Shown in pieces: positions 1-11,527 of a stretch of 64,000 nt of DNA (position 1 is its first letter; every line of letters begins with the position of its first letter). The stretch comes from Ministeria vibrans ATCC 50519 (taxonomy: Eukaryota; Protista; Filasterea), in contig CALSCP010002159.1 in assembly GCA_943704425.1 (NCBI GenBank), positions 62,001 to 126,000 of the forward strand, read 5' to 3'. Below the pieces are notes generated by a model, which did not search any database, was not told the DNA's origin, and saw only the letters and a list, made by a program, of their open reading frames with translations. The position numbers and the translations under genes were made by a program.

Positions 1-17
1 TGACTACTCTATTAACT

Positions 18-813
18 ATGTCTGACTATACTACTCTTCGCGCCGAGTTGTTGACGGCCGAGCGCGCTCACTTGCAGGAGAGCGAGCGACTTGCCGCTCT
101 GCGTCGGAAGCTTCCTTTGCAGAAAACCAAACGCGAATACACGGTACCATGTGTGTATGTGTGCGTGCGGGCATGTGCCTATCACTCCCATGGTCTCTGA
201 TTCACCCTTTCAATGGTTGAGAGGTGCGCAATCGGTCGATTGCCGCAATTGTGAAATGGTGTTTGCTTTGCTTGTTTTGTTTTTGTTTTTGTTGTCTCCA
301 CATTCACATCATTCACGGTGCTGTTTGTCTGTACGCACGGAATCACACGTGGAAAATCAACCCCCATTACTCATTAGTTCAAGAACGAGGCGGGGGAATC
401 GGTGGAGTTGGCCGGACTGTTTCTGGACACAACGAAACCACTGATCGTCATCCACAACATGGGCAAATGCCCCCTGTGTGCGATGTGGGCGGACACGTAC
501 GCCAACGACGGTCGAAAGAGCCCGCTTATCCACTTCTTATCCACGCAGGTACAACGCTGCGGTTGCCCACCTGCTTCCGTCGGCGAATGTCGCTCTGACA
601 AGTGAGACGGAGATGGCGTCGCTGCAAGAGCTCAAGCGCACGCGCGGCTGGACCAATCTGCGCCTGCACGAGTGTGTTGGCAAGGACTTTAACTCGGATA
701 TGGGTATACAGTTTCCGTCTAACGAGCAGGGACCAGGCATTAGTGTGTTTGTCCTGGTCAACGGCAAAGGTGAGAACACCCTCCCACACACACACACACA
801 CACATACACACAT

Positions 814-850
<37 letters not shown>

Positions 851-854
851 GACA

Positions 855-890
<36 letters not shown>

Positions 891-1164
891 CCTCACTTTC
901 GTTTTTCTTCTTCCTCCGTCAGTGCATCACCACTACTCAACCGTGCTGTTTGGTCAGTGTCAGCCCGTCGACGAGAATCCCGTCGGTCCTGGTCGGGGTA
1001 TTGACCCTTATTCGCCAGGTCAGCACTCCCGCCTCCCTTCTTTTTATTCTGTTCGGCTCATACTTGCCTCCTTTCTCTTTCTCTGCGTTGTAGTGTGGCA
1101 ACTGTTGGACCTTCTTCCAAAGGGACGTGGGGAGTTTGATCCGAAATTTTCCTATGACGCATAA
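18..1164 (+). CDS. DUF899-family thioredoxin-like protein (5 exons)
   Basis: Spliced product: [36 protein letters not shown]|[34 protein letters not shown]|[40 protein letters not shown]|[12 protein letters not shown]. This matches DUF899 motifs (RRxLP, CxxCxxWAD, GW, DFN, G.SVF, W..LDL.P.GR). Four GT-AG introns at ~144-377, 497-549, 770-922 and 1019-1093. Confidence 0.85.
786..887. repeat. (CA)n microsatellite in a DUF899 intron
   Basis: Direct inspection. Other intronic microsatellites: ~6255-6310 (TTG), 13951-14008 (GA), 31220-31310 (AAT/ATT), 35269-35385 (AAC/AAT). Confidence 0.95.
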
Positions 1165-1196
1165 ACAATTAATACACATAACGTTTTTATTTTCAA

Positions 1197-3296
1197 TCAT
1201 TTGTTTTGCTCCTCCTGCTGCTGCTGGGGCTGTTGACGTCGCTGAGCTCGAGTGAGTGGTACAGTGGAAGAGGGAGGAGAGTCGGCGAGAAGAGCAATGA
1301 CAGCAGAGCGGAGGAGAGGCGGGGTAAAGAGGGAGGAGGGGAGGGCGAAGGAGTGGGAGGGAGGAAGGACAGGCAGGGAGGGGTGGAAGGGGCGGTGGAG
1401 GCAGAGCAGGCGGGCAAAAAGGGCACGGCACGACGGGAGGATGCGACCGGGAGACTGCGGGTAGTTAAGCAGAGCAGAGGGCATGGGGGGCGGTGGAGGG
1501 GCGTCCACCATGAGCTGCCGTAGACATGCTGTAGCGCATGCGGCCACCACAGGGGCGTTGTAGCCGCCCTCAAGCGCAAGCACAACGCGTGAGTGCACGT
1601 GCGTCACCAGCGCATGCGTTAGGTGTGCATATCCCTCGGGCGTCACTCGGTACCCGCCCAGCTGGTCCCCGTGCGCCGCATCATACCCCGCACTCACAAA
1701 CACCATGTCTGGCCCAAATCCCCGTGCAATAGGCACAACCACATGGGCCATGCAACTCGCATACTCTGCATCGCTCATCCCCTTGCTTCCGTAAAACGGC
1801 ACATTCACAATGTTCCCCCAAGCGCCCGTCTCCTCCGCAAATCCCGTAAACGGATAAAACTTCCCTTTGTCTCCTCGGTGCAACGACACAAATAAAATCC
1901 GCTTGTCGCTCTCGACCAGTTCCTGCGTTCCATTTCCATGGTGTACATCCTGCCAAAAAAAAANNNNNNNNNNAAAAAAAAAAAGAGCGCAATAATTGTT
2001 ATTATTATTATTGTTGTTGTTATATAATTAATTAGTTTTCTCTGAAACGTGTACCCAATCAAGAACGAGCACACGCTGAATGTGCGGCAGAGTAAGCGCG
2101 TGTCGTGCAGCTACCACAACATTGTTCGCGTAACAGAACCCCTATGATACAATCACATTAAAATATTTTGACGCAAAGTGAAATTGGCGTACCTGAGAGC
2201 GATTACTGATAGCATGGTGGCCGGGAGGACGAACAAAAGCCATACCGTTGCGGAGTACGCCACGCGCGACTGCGTCGGTGAGGGCGAGGAGAGAGCCGGC
2301 AGCGCGCACGGTGCTCTGCTGAGTGGCGCCAAAGGTAAAAGGCGCATCTTCAATGGTGTTGTCAATGTGGCCGCGGCAGCCGCAGCGAAAGGTACGCAGG
2401 TGTGTGCTTGCACTGGGTGCGGTTGCGGCTGTGCATAGAAGATATTGGTCGACATAGTCTTCGGTGTGGGCCGCGCACAGTTCGGCACGAGTGGCGTCGC
2501 GGGGGAGACATATTTCGCAGCGGTCAAGGAGCCCTTGTGTGTCCACAAGGGAAACAGTTTCGCGTACGCGCTGTGGCAGCTCGGGGTGCAATCCTAGGTT
2601 GGTACACTCGCGAGAAGGGCCGTGAAGCAGCGTGACTGGGTCGAAGATGACGCCTGTGCGCTCGTGACGGGGAAGCTTGAGGTGGAGTTCACACGCAAAG
2701 GGACACACTGCCGTGTCCGAGTGGGCAGTCAGTGCCGAGGCACTAAAGAATTCGTCGAGGCGCGACACATCCGCGTCGAAATGCACCAGATAGCGGATGT
2801 CCTTTGGCGTCGTGCGGACATGTCGACGCACAAAGCCACGGTGTGTGTTTGACACGAGCACCCGCTGACCCACCTGGAACAGCGGCGGGCATTCGTCCAG
2901 ATGCGCCTCTTCTAGACAGCTTGTCAGATCGGCAATGGAGGACTTCTCGTCGAGCGCAGCAGCTTCAAAACGACTCGTCAGCGCATCGACAAGATTTGAA
3001 TTTGTGGTCTTGTCAGACAGTGGCATAGTCATGCGGGCAGTGTGCCACACTTCAGTGGCCGGTGGCATTGGTGATGTGGGTGCCGTGACGGCCGTGCCTT
3101 GCTCGTCGTCGTCGTCGTCGTCGTCGCTTTCCGACAAGACGTGATCGTGATCGTGTCTGTATTTCAAATTCGCAATGGGCGCCTGTGTGTTTCGCCAGGT
3201 GCCATTCTCATCACGCTTCAGTGTAAGCATGAGGGAGGCAACATCGTGCGTGTTGTGGACAGTGTCAGCGTCCGTTAAGGAGTCGGGCAGAGACAT
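1197..3296 (-). CDS. Class II histone deacetylase (HDAC6/10-like catalytic domain) with N-terminal Tudor-knot/chromo-barrel-like domain
   Basis: Catalytic motifs HPELPQRV, RPPGHHA, GFCYANN, LDW|DVHHGNGTQ, SAGYDAAHGDQLG and LEGGYN are all intact. Two introns (~2143-2192 and ~1950-2054). Confidence 0.92.
1964..1973. other. Assembly gap (10 N) in a poly-A tract inside an HDAC intron
   Basis: Run of N flanked by A runs. Confidence 0.99.
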
Positions 3297-3428
3297 GCGC
3301 GTAAATAAAAAGAAAGTTTGAATATTGTATATTTATTTGTATTTGAACTTGAGTCAAGCGAGCAAGATCACTCAACTGCTCACATTTTTTTATCCAGTCT
3401 TGCAGCCTCTTTTGTCTTGTCCACTACC

Positions 3429-4522
3429 ATGGCCAACTTTGCATGTGCCATCATCACCTTCCAGGTGATGGTCTTCGCCCTCATTTACTCCTACTCTGTT
3501 CTTGAACACGATCAGTTCCCCACCGTCTCAACGGCTCTCCGCTCCGTTGGCATTTCGTGTGACTCAGAGCCTCTTTATGACGATGTTAGTGCAGGTAGGC
3601 AGGTGTCTCTCGTTCTGTTGATAGATGTCTGTGAGGAGGACATTCTCTTTGACATCTCTCTCTGTTTCACACACACACACACTCTCTCTCTCTCTCGCTG
3701 TCTCTCTCTCCCCTTCTTCTCCTTTGCTTCATTAAGGTGTTGTTCTGCGCTACTTTGACGCTCGTGGTCGCGCTGAAGTGATCCGTCTTGCGCTGGAGCA
3801 CACTGAGGTACGGAGGAGGAATCATAACCACTCAGTCCCACTCAATGTGTTCACAGGTGCCGTACAGCGAGGAGAAGTACACCAAGGCGACGTGGCCGGC
3901 CAACAAGAAGGCGGGCATGGAGAAGGGTTGGTTCACGTTTGGCCAGGTGCCGAATTTGCAGACGTCGTCGGGCCGTCAGTTGGTGCAGAGCGTGGCCATT
4001 CTCAAGCACATTGCGGCGCGCAAAGGTCTCCGCTGTACGGCTGAGCAGGAAACACAGTGTGACATTGTGTCCATGGGAGCTGGTAAGCGACCGCTGACTC
4101 TAGTTGCCATTCTTCTCACACTCTGAATGCATCGGGTTGCAGAGGACATCCGCACCAAACTGTCCAAGGAAGTGTACACGTCGACCTTCTCGGCGGCCTC
4201 GCGTGCCGCTTTTTACAACGACATTGCGCCCGTCTGGTTGCAGCACCTGGAGAAGCTTCTGCCCGCCGCCAGCAGCAGCACGCCCGTCTTCATTTCCTCC
4301 CACTCTCTTACGTGGGTCGACCTGCTCGTCTTCGACACGCTCGACTACCTTCGTGCGGTTGCTGCCGTGCCACTCCCTTCGCTCGTCGCCGACCCCCTTG
4401 CGCCCTTTCCCCGGCTCACTGCCTTTGCTGCGCATGTTTCGTCGCAGCCCCGCATTGCCGCATACCTTGCCAGCGACCGCCGTCGCCCGTACAACCTCCC
4501 GTACCCGCCCAAGGAAAATTAA
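3429..4522 (+). CDS. Glutathione S-transferase (sigma/pi-like) with hydrophobic N-terminal extension
   Basis: Spliced: VVLRYFDARGRAEVIRLALEHTE|VPYSEE..FGQVPNL..LVQSVAILKHIA..EDIRTK..LTWVDLLVFDTLD..FPRLTAF..PRIAAYLASDRR. Exon 1 encodes a hydrophobic segment (FACAIITFQVMVFALIYSY). Confidence 0.9.
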
Positions 4523-4604
4523 AGCCAGCTATTGAACGTTTTATACAAGAAATACATACAATACATACAGTACACATCATGGATAGACCATAGAATCCGT
4601 TTGG

Positions 4605-5228
4605 TCAGACGCTCTGCTTCTCGGGACGTTGATAGCCCGGCAGGGTGGGATCAAGAGGCGCCTGAGAGAGCACAATGCGGATCGACGGCACTTTGCGCAC
4701 TGCTTCGAGTGTATCAAGACCCGTCGCCGCCGGGGTGTCGTCGCGGGGCTTCCACGTGTCGGTGGTAGTCTCAAAGCCAACGGTGTTTCGCTGGTGAAGG
4801 CCACCAATGCGCCGTTTGACAATCTACAGAGGCGTTGTGTTCAGCGTCGCCCCAACTGGACACCACACGGCCTTACCTCCGCTACCGTCACTGCCATTGT
4901 CACCGCACGGCCCGTGCCCACAATGAAAACCTCGCCGCTCTTCTGAAGAGCGCAAGAGAGACAGACAGACAGAGAGAGAGACGGAAAGTGTCAATGTTGT
5001 GCAATCAATCCAACAACACAAGTCTGCCGCCTACCTGCACTTGCGTCATTCCATAGCCAACGTAGTGTTTTACTTTCCCATGGGTCTTGATCACGAGCTG
5101 GGTGGGCCGTAAGAATGATTGAGAGACGGAAAGCAGGAAATGAAACATACCTCTCTTGGATCGGACGGTACTGTCGCTGCCTGCATCGCTGTGTCTGTAG
5201 TGGACTTTTCTAAGACGTAATGATCCAT
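4605..5228 (-). CDS. RPP25L: Alba-domain protein, RNase P/MRP subunit p25-like (4 exons; absent from the ORF track)
   Basis: Spliced minus-strand product: MDHYVLEKS..PRE|LVIKTHGKVKHYVGYGMTQVQ|KSGEVFIVGTGRAVTMAVTVAE|IVKRRIGGLHQRNTVGFETTTDTWKP..GLDTLEAVRKVPSIRIVLSQAPLDPTLPGYQRP. These are typical Rpp25/Alba motifs. Confidence 0.88.
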
Positions 5229-5498
5229 GTGGAGAGCAGTATTATATAATGATTGAACTAAATTGAATGATTGATTTCACAATTGAATTCTTGATGGGTG
5301 ATTGATTTTGTTCCCATGTCTGACTGATTGCTGCCCTCCCTGCTCCTTTTTGTAGGAAGCTTAATAAGTCCTTTAAGACTTCTCTTAATACTGAGGCGAA
5401 AAGCATTGTTGACGAATGCCTCACTCTCAGATCGAAACACGATCGAAAACGTGTCGAAAACATCGAATCAAATAATATTCATTAATTTATATTTTTGA

Positions 5499-6252
5499 AT
5501 GTCTGCTCTTGTGGCGTACGGTAGTAGCGACGAGCACGATAGCGAGGCAGAAGGATCTGGAGCCGGGGGTGTTGTGGACGTGACGCATGCTGCGCAGCTT
5601 GCGGGCATCGTGGTGAACACAGCGCCGTCCGTTGCGCCGACGTTGTCCGTCGACGCTGCCATCTCCTCCGACACGAAAATGCTCCTGTACAACGTGCCGG
5701 CGGCGATCCTCGATGCGCCGACGCAGGGCCCGTCCGATCCCCGCAGCCTCACCGCCGGGCGTGCAGTCCGCAGGAACATGCATTCGGGGTTTGTCGAGGC
5801 AGCCGCACTGGAAGATTTCCATTTTGAAAACCAACGGTAGGCCCAGCGTGCCCGCATCCGCGCCTGCATGTGCTTTGGGGCGTCTTGGGCGGCCTGTCGC
5901 TTGGTGGATTCTCTTGCGTTTATCCTTCATTTTTTGTCACAGTCTCATTTTGCGTTTTCTCTCTCTCTCTCTTCTTTTCTTGCAGCAAAACGTTTGACAC
6001 TTTGGGCTATGCGATGGACCCGGCGAGCCAGACGCTGGTGGGCAACATGGACAAGGCAGCGGCGACCAATGGTGCGACAGTGGCCGAGCTGACTGCCAGT
6101 GGTCTGGCGAAGGGGAAGGGGCCCGCGAGGAAACGCAAGCGAGAGGCGTTTGGCGATGCTCAAGGTCCGACTGACTGTCTCGTCTGGCTGTGTCTCGCGT
6201 GTGCTCATTGAATTTGCTCTTGTGTTTTTTGTTTTGTTGTTATTATCATTAT

Positions 6253-6299
<47 letters not shown>

Positions 6300-8094
6300 C
6301 TGTTGTTGTTCTGGGTCGCCGTCATTGTGTTTAGACGTGGAGGGGTTCCGAGGACCGTGGCGCGACTTTGCAGCGGATGAACAGTTTACCATGACGGAGG
6401 AGGAGAAGGCCGAGTTGGAGCGACAACGCGAAGAGTACCGCGAGCGCAAGGCCAAGATGAAGGGCGTCGAGCTGGAGGCGGCGGTGGCAGCAGTGCAGGA
6501 GAAATCTATTTTGCACATCAAGGACGCGCTGGATTACCAGGGACGGTCGTTCATGCACGCACCGACGGACACAGGGACAGTGCTGGAGACGGACGAGGCG
6601 CCTGACCGCTGTTTCTTGCCCAAGGCATGTGTGCACACGTGGGCCGCTGCGCACACCAAGGGTGTCACCATGATGCAGTTCTTTCCCCGCACCGCCCATT
6701 TGCTGCTTACCTGTGGCATGGATGGCAAAGCAAAGGTCAGTGCAAGAAGCATCAGGGAAACGTTGGTTGATTATACGATTTTTTTTTGGTAATATTTGTG
6801 GTGGTTATAGTTGTTTGAGGTGTATGGGAAGCGACGGCTGATTCGAACATACATTGGGCACGACAAAGCGGTGCGTGCGATCGACTTCAACCATGACGGG
6901 ACGCGTTTCCTGACGTGCAGCTACGACAAGCAGGTCAAGCTGTGGGACACCGAGACGGGCGAGTGCATCCGCAAGTTTGGCACGCGCGCCATGCCCTTTT
7001 GCGTGCGCTTCAACCCTCACCCTCACAAGTCTCACCAGTTCCTTGTGGGTCTCCAGAGCAAGAAGGTCATTCAGTAAGTACTCTGTGAGTCAGGGAGAGT
7101 CTCTCCCCATTACTTGTTCTCTACTATCACAATGTTTTTCTCTGTCAATTTGTTTCTTTCTTCCTCCTCTCTCCTTCCTTTGTTTGTCTTACCGGCTTTT
7201 ATTCGATAGATTTGACATCAACTCGGGTGCGGTTGTGCAAGAGTACGATCGTCACCAATCGTCTATCAACTCCATTACGTGGGTCGACCGCAACCGACGG
7301 TTCATCACCACTTCGGACGATAAGGTACACATTTTTTTCTTTCAATCACTCACGGTCTCTAACCCTTTTGTCGACAGAGCATTCGCGCCTGGGAATGGGA
7401 CACGCCTGTTGAAGTGAAGTTTATTGCGGAGCCCACCATGCACTCCATGCCCGCAGTGGCAGTGCACCCCTCTGGCAAGTGGATGGCTCTGCAGTCCATG
7501 GACAACCAAGTACCGCGTTCGCACCCACCTCTATCACTGTTTCTTTCTCATCACTTTGTTTCTTTCTCTCTATCTTTGTCTCATTCTCTCTCTTTGGTCT
7601 TGTCATTACATATGTTGTCTCTTACTCACTTCCTCCTTCGCTCTCTTTTTCAGATTTACGTCTTCAGTGCGATGGATCGGTTCCGCCAGAACGGTAAGAA
7701 GCAGTTTGGTGGACATCTGGTCGCAGGCTATGCGTGTCAGCCCGACTTCTCGCCCGACGGACGTTACCTCATCTCTGGCGACTCGGAAGGCAAGCTTGTC
7801 ATTTGGGACTGGAAGGTAGGGAGTAACACATTCATGTCACACTTATCACTTTCCATACACACACACATACTCTCCCTTTCTCGTACTATGTATGGCTTTG
7901 TTTTTTTTTCACTCACCCTCTCTCTCTCGCTCTCCTCTTGCCATTCTCCCTTACCCTTTCTCCTGCAGTCGACAAAGCGCCTGTCCAAGATGCGTGCCCA
8001 CGACGCCGTCACCATTTCGTCGCTGTGGCACCCGCACGAGAAGAGTCTCGTCGTCACGGCCAGCTGGGATGGCTCCATCAAAATCTGGCAATGA
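5499..8094 (+). CDS. CDC40: Pre-mRNA-processing factor 17 (WD40)
   Basis: N-terminus MSALVAYGSSDE; FENQR.TFDTLGYAMDP; GFRGPW; DYQGRSFMHAP; CFLPKACVHTW; RTYIGHDKAVR; QEYDRH; IAEPTMHSMPAV; GHLVAGYACQPDFSPDG; WHPHEKSLVVTASWDG. Confidence 0.95.
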
Positions 8095-8246
8095 GCCTTC
8101 CTTCGTAAAATGCAAGTTTTTTTTTTCCCGTTTCCTCTTCTCTCTCTCCCTCTCTTGTTCTTTATGTCATGCTGTCCCTTTTTCGCAGGACAAGATGAGT
8201 ACAATTTTACATTTGACACTTATACAATGCACACTACACTTTGAAT

Positions 8247-8899
8247 TCACTTGTCCTTGACGGCCTCGTCGCGACGACGCTGTCGCTGTTTGAGAAGAAA
8301 GGCACGGCGCATCAGCCGCATCACCATGCGAAACTGAATGAACTACAAAGCAATGAATATTGAATGGCAAGACTTGGCTGTGTGTGTGTTTGTGTGTGTA
8401 CGAGAAGGAGACACCAGTTGATGATGATGGGAATGGCAACAAAGATGGCGGCAAAGAAGCCGCGCTCGTCAAAGTACTGCTCGGGTGCAATCAGTTCCCA
8501 GTTGTCCGCTGCAAGCGTATTCAGATGTTCCAAAAAGTACAACAGAGTGACTGTGAAACGAGAATGGTTGTGAGGCAATGGCACTATGTCATGCGACATA
8601 CCAAAGACCAGAGTGACGGGCACAATGAGGGCTGGGCGCGACCGTGAGGCCACGACAGCCAGGGCGGAGAGCAGATGGAAGGCACTAAGGGCAACCATGA
8701 CGGGCGAGAGGTAGTCCACCTCGCGCACCATCGCCCACACGGCCGCCGTCAGTTGACCGCCCACTACGGCGCCACTGTCGCCCCCAGCGCCCGCCGCATC
8801 CGCCTCGCTGGGTCCCAAACCAAGCTGCACAGATATGCTTTCGAGCACGTCAAGGGCATTCGACACGGCGTCGCTGACACTGGCGTGGAGGATGTCCAT
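8247..8899 (-). CDS. TMEM18: Transmembrane protein 18-like
   Basis: LLYFLEHLNTLAADNWELIAPEQYFDERGFFAAIFVAIP matches the TMEM18 signature (E.IN..AA.NW......YFD..G.F). The last exon is basic: FIQFRMVMRLMRRAFLLKQRQRRRDEAVKDK*. Confidence 0.85.
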
Positions 8900-9077
8900 G
8901 ATACAAAACGTCTGATGACCAGATGATGATGATCATGATCAATTAATCCGAATAATTCTCACTCACACAGTGAACCACCAGTGAACACAACCTCACACTT
9001 TTGAAAATTGATCTTTGTTTGTAACTGGCAGCTCATTTGGTGCATTGAGGCAGTTGTGATTTGGCTGTGGGACGCGA

Positions 9078-9824
9078 ATGAAGGTGACGCTTGTTGTCGA
9101 ACCGTGCGGGCACGATTTGGCAATTGCCGTTGCAGGCGAACGCGAACGCGACACGGTCACGATCCTGGCTGGTGGGGATGAGCATGCACTGTATTTGCTT
9201 CACGGGCGATTGCTTGAAGCGACGGGTCTTCAGTCCGTTGGTATGCGAATGTGTGAAGGTTCAAGTTCACCTGATTATATTATTATGTATTCTGTCCTCT
9301 TAGTGCGTCTTGTCGACGTGTATTCGGACGAGAGTGTCCGTGAGCTTGTGCAGAGGATAGTAAATGAGTTTGGGAGACTCGACTGTGCGCTGAATTGCGT
9401 TTGCACCGCCAAACTGTTGGACGCGGACGACTGGGAGGAGGCACTCATTTCGCTTGTGAGGGTGTATCGATTCGAGGCGGAGGCCATGAGTGAGCTTGTC
9501 GCGGGCAAGATAATGTCTGGTGCTTCTATTGTGGTGGACGCCTCGTTTGCTCGGGACGAGCAGTCCCTTTGTGACGGAGTCAATGACTTGTTGCAGTCGC
9601 AGATTGCCGCGCTCGCGACGAAAAGGGGAATTCGTCTCAACGCCGTCATGTGCTGCTCGCCAGAGACTGAGCCGTTGGTGGTTGCCAGCGAGGGTGACGC
9701 AGCGCTGTTGCGCGTGTCGCCGTTGGTGACGCTTGCTGCGCAGTCTGTCGTTGCTCTCTTTGACCAGACCAGCGACTGTTCTACGGGACGCTTGCTTGAT
9801 ATGCAGGTGGGTGGGCAAAAATGA
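9078..9824 (+). CDS. Degenerate short-chain dehydrogenase/reductase-fold protein (probable pseudoenzyme)
   Basis: SDR scaffold motifs: KVTLVV, DVYSDESVRELVQRIVNEFGRLDCALN, GASIVVDAS, KRGIRLNAV, STGRLLDMQVGG. No TGxxxGxG or YxxxK. Probable in-frame 63-nt intron at 9241-9303. Confidence 0.7.
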   Translation: MKVTLVVEPCGHDLAIAVAGERERDTVTILAGGDEHALYLLHGRLLEATGLQSVGMRMCEGSSSPDYIIMYSVLLVRLVDVYSDESVRELVQRIVNEFGRLDCALNCVCTAKLLDADDWEEALISLVRVYRFEAEAMSELVAGKIMSGASIVVDASFARDEQSLCDGVNDLLQSQIAALATKRGIRLNAVMCCSPETEPLVVASEGDAALLRVSPLVTLAAQSVVALFDQTSDCSTGRLLDMQVGGQK

Positions 9825-10113
9825 GAGGAGGGACAACATTGCGGCGCGTCTGTTTACAATATCAATGCACTCTGTAGAATGAAGTTGGAGGGGACGGGCC
9901 GCGAGGGAAAACAATCAAGCGACGGCAAGCGAACCGACAGGCGTCGCAACTGTCGTCGACTGGATCGGACTGGGTGGACGCAGTAGCGCACTGCGTTCCC
10001 TGACTACAACACCTGTACTTCAAAAAAAAAAAAAATCTACCTGTTATACTGTATCTGTTAGTGGATGTCGTGTGCTCGAGAGCATCAGCTAGCGAGGTGT
10101 GTATTTATGTTGA

Positions 10114-11352
10114 TTATTGGAGTGTGCCGTAGTCCTGGGAGCGCTGACGGCCCGAGTACCATCTGAAGCCGAAGAAGCCGACAAGGGCAAGACCGACGGC
10201 AAGGGCAATGCCACCGAAGAAGGAGCCAGCATCGAACTCGTGGGGGCACGTGGTGTGCGGCGGTGAGGGCGGCGTAGGCGACGACGGACACACCAGCACG
10301 CGCGAGCATTTCTCCAGGTCCTCTGGCTCCACACACGAATCGGTGGCGTCACACCAGCCACAGCCGTAGTTACCCATTGACTGGCACGACGTACAGTTGG
10401 ACGCGTAGTGACAGTACAGTTGGCACGAGTCGCTGGCAGCGCCACCAGTGGCGGGACACGTCGAGGCGGTCGACAGGCATGTGCCGTTGCTGCTAAACGT
10501 CGAGTAGGTGGCACCAGGGCACCATTGGCAGGTACGGTCGCGCACGCACAGGTCACATGCAAAGTACTGAGAGCAGTCGCTGCAGAGAGAAAGAGGCATT
10601 GCTGCGTCAGAAAGGGTACAACAAAACACTGGCAGGCGTACCAAGTGTGCGAGGCAGGGCAGGCCGCCCAGACAGGGTCGGTTTTCAAGACACAGCGGTG
10701 CTGGCGCTGCACAGAGACGGACGCGACGGAAGTGGATGAGCAACGCACTTGTTTCCCTCTCCCTTCATCTTACCAGAGCGCCGGCCGGAGCAGGGTGCAC
10801 ACAATCGGCCACCCAGTTGCACTGAGTGCCGTTTCCAACCTTGAGGCAGTCGTTGCAGTTCCCTGCGTTGCGACGAGAGGGGAAAAAGAGTTTTGAGGAG
10901 AGTCACTCCTTAACGCGTAAAAAAAAATACACAAAAACAGCCCAATTCAAGCTGGTTGGGCACGCCGGTGATCACACAGTACACGACTCGCGCCATAGAC
11001 CGCGAACAGCCGCAAAAGAGACGACAAAACGAAAGGATGACAAACAAAAAAAAAGAAAGAAAAAAAAAAACATCCCATCAAATAAAAGAGAGACACGAGA
11101 ACAGACGAAGACGACGGGGGGGAGGACAGGATATGGCACGGGCAAGCGGGGAGGGTGGAGGCGGAGGCAGAGAATCCCCCACACACAAACACTCATTCGT
11201 CACTCACTCACTCACTCACTCACTCACTCACTCACTCACTCACTCACTCACTCACTCACTCACTCACCTGTGATCGTGCAAATGTCGGCGTTGGCGCCGC
11301 CCAGCATGGCGAGCAGCACAATGACGGAGATGGTTACGGCGACGTACTTCAT
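10114..11352 (-). CDS. CD164/endolyn (MGC-24/porimin family)-like type I membrane protein with PSI-like Cys modules
   Basis: Signal peptide MKYVAVTISVIVLLAMLGGANA and three CxxC..CxWC-type modules. C-terminus FDAGSFFGGIALAVGLALVGFFGFRWYSGRQRSQDYGTLQ* resembles CD164 FDAASFIGGIVL..NYHTL. Confidence 0.8.
11199..11266. repeat. (TCAC)n tetranucleotide microsatellite in the first intron of the CD164-like gene
   Basis: Perfect tcac run next to the donor site. Confidence 0.95.
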
Positions 11353-11527
11353 GATAAAATAACTGAGCAGTCAGAAGTGAGACTGAGAAGTGAGAAGCTT
11401 TGAGAACTGAGAAGTTTAATCAGAAGTGAACGACTTTATTTATTCAAAAGTCAAAACTCAAATACTTTCTTTGCCGCTCTTTCTACCTGTCGCACTTTGG
11501 AAGCCCTAGGAATACGGACGATCGGCC

